A stretch of 53,557 nucleotides of DNA from Trichoplax sp. H2. Taxonomy: Eukaryota. The notes below the pieces were generated by a model. That model made no database searches and was not told the DNA's origin. It worked only from the letters and a program-made list of their open reading frames with translations. A program made the position numbers and the translations under genes. The stretch is from the NCBI GenBank assembly GCA_003344405.1, contig NOWV01000171.1:1-53557 (forward strand), written 5' to 3'. Of this stretch, positions 49,945-53,557 are shown piece after piece (position 1 is the first letter of the stretch; each line of letters starts with the position of its first letter).

Positions 49945-50695
49945 CTTAACGTATATAGCTACGTCTGTTATTACTTCTAAATTAATTTACTTAATAAAAA
50001 TTGTTATCCACAATAGACATATGAACATCCTTCACGGAGAAGTTTGCCTTCTCTATTCAATATTGATGTAGCAACATCATGCATCATATTGACGAACTGT
50101 AATTGTATATCTAGGGAAGTTCATAAATGTGAGTTGGCTCTTCAGTTTACATTCGATAAGCTACGGTATCAATAAATTCTAGTTGAAAGCGGAACACTGT
50201 AAAATTTAATACTCGTATATATTCATGAGGCTAAAAACTAACTAACTATATGTACTTACAGTGGGCGTCAAATGACATAAAAATATCCTTAATTTTTTCG
50301 TTGATATTGTACTCTTGCAATTTTGTAATAAGTAAGTCTTCACAAGCACTGAGTGAAATTCCTGATTAAGAAAGTAGATAAATTTATTGGTACCCCGTCG
50401 TTGAAATGTTAATTTATTAAATAAATTGATATCTACAAGGCGGGAAAGTTACCGTTAAAATTAAATTCGGGCGATAATAACTTTTCTAGTTCTCCCTAAT
50501 ATGGGTAAATTTGAGAAGAGATTACAATAGTAAATTGAACGACGGACTGTTTGCTGATGGAACTTGAGCAAACAAACCGTTATATTTATATTATTCAAGG
50601 CCACATTAAATCTTATTACAAGCTAAAGCTGATTACCATTTTAAATCGGAAAACGCATTTTGCGTATAAAAAGTCAGTTATATCATTTATCTTAC

Positions 50696-50791
50696 TTTAT
50701 TGGATTTATATCCCAAGATCGCAACCATAGCGACTTGAAGGTCATCGATGGAAAGGTAACCCTTTTTATCGGCATCGCATTGAGAAATAAT
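50696..50791 (-). CDS. Calcineurin-B-like protein exon encoding an EF-hand (IISQCDADKKGYLSIDDLQVAMVAILGYKSNK).
   Basis: ctttaatgcag|ATT...AATAAA|GTAAGA. Phases 0 to 0. Aligns with calcineurin B [29 protein letters not shown]. Confidence 0.5.
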
Positions 50792-51543
50792 CTGCATTAA
50801 AGATTCATTAATTCGTAAGGGTATGTCGTAGCGATAAGTCAACTGGTTACAAAATGAAGGAGTAATTTATAATCATGCACAGCACAGTAATAGTCTCGTC
50901 GATACGTAGCAGCAGACTAGAATCGATTAGATTGATGATGCAACTGGTGCACAGCACGTAAGATATGAGTAGACTTTCGGTACAATATGAAACTATAAAA
51001 TTATACAGATTAACAAACCCTTATGATGAAGGCAAAATGCTAAGGTACAGGTCTGCCATTAAGATACGATGTACGCGTATGCGAGTATTTTATCCTTAGT
51101 GCTACTACTATACACTAGTGATTCAGGAAGTACATTCTGCCTAGTAAAGTACAGTGTAAATACTGGCTTAGTAGGTGATACGGCGAATATAATCTACCGT
51201 CATCGATTTGGCAACTAAGAAAATCAACTCACAATGTCTAACCTTGTTGTAGCAGTACAGCATCATTATTTAATGTAATCCTGCATAGAGTAACGCATAA
51301 TATAATTCTGTACTTTATTGCACGTCGGTAGTGATGACTGAAAATAATCCCTAGTGTAGGTGAGTTGTATTATTCAATCACAGTAATGATTCAATGATAT
51401 GATATACATTTTATATTATACAGTTTGGTTTAAATTTCTTAATTTCATCAAAGATGCGTTCATCTTCCATCCTTATTTAATTCATATAATACACTGATTA
51501 ATAGTCCTTAACATCATCGAAGATATTGATGAGTTCATCTTAC

Positions 51544-51641
51544 ATCCTTAATTCTTCGCTTATCGCTATGCAGTTCGTTAAGTTGATCTTCTTGGTCAAT
51601 TTCTCGGACAGCAGTCATACTGTAATTGCCAATCAATCTCA
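51544..51641 (-). CDS. Candidate upstream exon of the same EF-hand gene (RLIGNYSMTAVREIDQEDQLNELHSDKRRIKD).
   Basis: ttatttgcag|TG...AAGGAT|GTAAGA. Phases 1 to 0, compatible with the exon at 50791. ...DKRRIKD|IISQCDADKKGY parallels calcineurin B [17 protein letters not shown]. Homology is weak. Confidence 0.35.
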
Positions 51642-53557
51642 CTGCAAATAATAATTTAATAACTACCGCATAATCTTAAACTTCAAATCCCATAATAAGA
51701 TACAAAAAATACTGGTCGGTTCTAATCAGATTCTACTGCTTTTTATTGCACTTGATGATTCTCATTGACTTCAATGATTTGCCTCTGCAGTAATCTACAG
51801 TAAGTTGAAGAACCTCAGGCAGAAGATGTACTATGAATCTGTGATCACTATTTCAAATTTAAATTTAGTAAATGAACTTAAACTTAATATGTTCTCTCCC
51901 TATTTACTGTTAATTTACTGCTCGTCGTCAGGTGAAAGAAGTACTGAAAGTTTACTCAGCGCTGATAGAAAATAATAATATGTACGGCAGCCGGATGACA
52001 TTGGCTAGAGGCCACTGCAGCCAGACACTATGCTAAAGTATAGCACTGTGCATCGCATACTGTACCGTGGAGGGAGTGGTGTAAAGTACTGAGTCAACAG
52101 TACAGGTATAGTGTTTTAGTTATCTAGTAGTCCATATCGAAAGCTTTAGATCGTGCGAAACAGAGGTTATTATTATACTGTATATTTAAAATTTCTGGTT
52201 AAAAACCCGTTAACTCTATTTAGCTGTTGGATTAGTAGTGAAATAGAGCATACATATATATATATGTTACGGCCATTCCTAAGAGTGATTTTGTTCTTGA
52301 GATATATACTGTACTACATACACAATGTATATACGTACTATCGCGTTAATATGGTCTGATATTTTAACTAAGATTAATCAGGTAAAGTGTATATATTATA
52401 CGCTCACAGAGAAATCATTTTAACGTTATAGAAGATGATAACATTTAATATCCACTACTGAAACCAACAGAAAGCGGTTATTTACGATTGTAATCATGTA
52501 ATACATCTGAAGGACTGTTTCAGCAAAGAGTTTAATGCAAAATGAACGGGGTACATAGGATCGCCCACTGAGTATATAGTAAATAGTAAATAATTCATAA
52601 GAAGAGTTAGCCATAATTTTTAGCTCCCATGCTTTTTACCCGTATTAGAAATTTCATAGAATTTCGGTACCAAGACTTGGAATTTTACTATAATTCATTC
52701 GAATTAGAATTAGTTCCACAGATAATCCTAGCTCGTACCTTTACTTAAACTTACACATGAGGATGGACATGACTAGTGAAGATCATTTTTTATTCTGCAT
52801 CATTACCAAGATTACAAATCCATGATCTTTATACAATTATGCAATAAGTAACGTCGTCACCGTCTTCGATAAAAACATGAACACTTGTATCAACTTTCAT
52901 TGTAATTTCAAACTTAAAATATTAACCGATTGTCCATGTTAATAGTTATGATATTTTAGTATAAACTTTACAATCATTTGTGCAAGAAATCAATTATAAT
53001 AATATATATATATATATTACTTCAACGGATTATACCGGACATGTTCAACCAAAGTTTTTAACTATACCATGCTTACATTTACATAGCTAGAATATGGCGA
53101 TTTTTGTATTCTATACAAATATATTACTGTTTAGTTTCGGAGGCATTGAAATAACCAATAAAATGATTCAGTGCATTTCTAAACATAAAATGTGTGTAGT
53201 ATGTATGTATTATGATTAGCTACATAATAAGATAACGATGAAAAAGCTTCTTAGTCATAAAGAAGCATGTAAGTGTTGCTGTGTCAGCTAGGTGTTGCAA
53301 GGATACAAATACATGTCTGTAAGACACTCAATGCCTTAATGTTACAAAGTACAGTACTGCGCTGAGTCTATCTATACATATAAGTACAGTATATACAAGC
53401 TAGAAGTAAGAAAAAATCCGTTGAATACTACGAATGTAATATCGCGACGTAAATAAAATCTTCTTATCCAGAAAATTAATCAAAAATGCCTTGAGATTTA
53501 AATAAATATTTGTAGCCAAAAAATCATAGAATAATGATATTACAATTTTTAAATCCT

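Noticed and set aside
51447-51548. Two about 35-45-bp similar segments (ttcatcaaagatg...ttcatcttccatcc and catcatcgaagat...ttcatcttacatcc) as an independent tandem repeat or regulatory element.
   Set aside because: Better explained as a local duplication of the exon-intron junction of the EF-hand exon at 51544 (see findings). Not a separate feature.
1-53557. tRNA, snRNA, rRNA or spliced-leader genes. Also prokaryotic features (CRISPR, operons, RBS).
   Set aside because: The sequence is clearly eukaryotic, given introns with GT-AG and metazoan gene families. Scanning by eye for tRNA B-box-like GTTCGA, U6, U2 or 5S-like strings found nothing convincing. A proper Infernal or tRNAscan run is needed to be sure.

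Overview
This window is eukaryotic (metazoan) nuclear DNA. It is AT-rich (about 30% GC by eye), gene-dense, and uses canonical GT-AG spliceosomal introns of roughly 0.1-2.4 kb. It has no prokaryotic features: no operons, CRISPR, rRNA or tRNA were seen. I reconstructed eight protein-coding genes by matching six-frame translations against well-known families and joining fragments with phase-checked GT...AG splice sites. In order along the window: (1) the 3' part of an ionotropic glutamate receptor (S2 ligand-binding lobe plus M4; + strand; 5' end lies outside the window). (2-4) A tandem cluster of three diverged paralogous rhodopsin-like (class A) orphan GPCRs on the + strand. Each has the same two-exon structure: exon 1 encodes the N-terminus, TM1 and TM2; a phase-2 intron follows; exon 2 encodes TM3 to the C-terminus. 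(5) A selenium-binding protein (SELENBP1/SBP56 family) on the - strand in 11 coding exons, including a 19-bp micro-exon. It translates to 472 aa, and the phase chain closes. (6) Dynactin subunit 6 (p27, DCTN6) on the - strand, five or six exons. (7) An ADAM10/Kuzbanian-type metalloprotease on the + strand in 11 exons, 713 aa. It has a signal peptide, an RKKR furin site, the HELGHNFGAQHD zinc site, disintegrin and Cys-rich domains, a TM segment and a short tail. (8) A partially resolved calcineurin-B-like EF-hand gene on the - strand. DCTN6 and ADAM10 are transcribed divergently from a short GC/CpG-enriched island that is densely populated by palindromic ACAGTAC/GTACTGT motifs. Related palindromes recur elsewhere in non-coding DNA. 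Other repeats are two about 349-bp copies of an interspersed repeat (about 20 kb apart, same orientation), a 112-bp tandem repeat in ADAM10 intron 1, and an (ATTAT)5 microsatellite. The taxon cannot be determined from sequence alone; composition and gene density suggest a compact invertebrate genome. All coordinates were derived by hand from the printed sequence. Exon boundaries are inference and may be off by a few bases.
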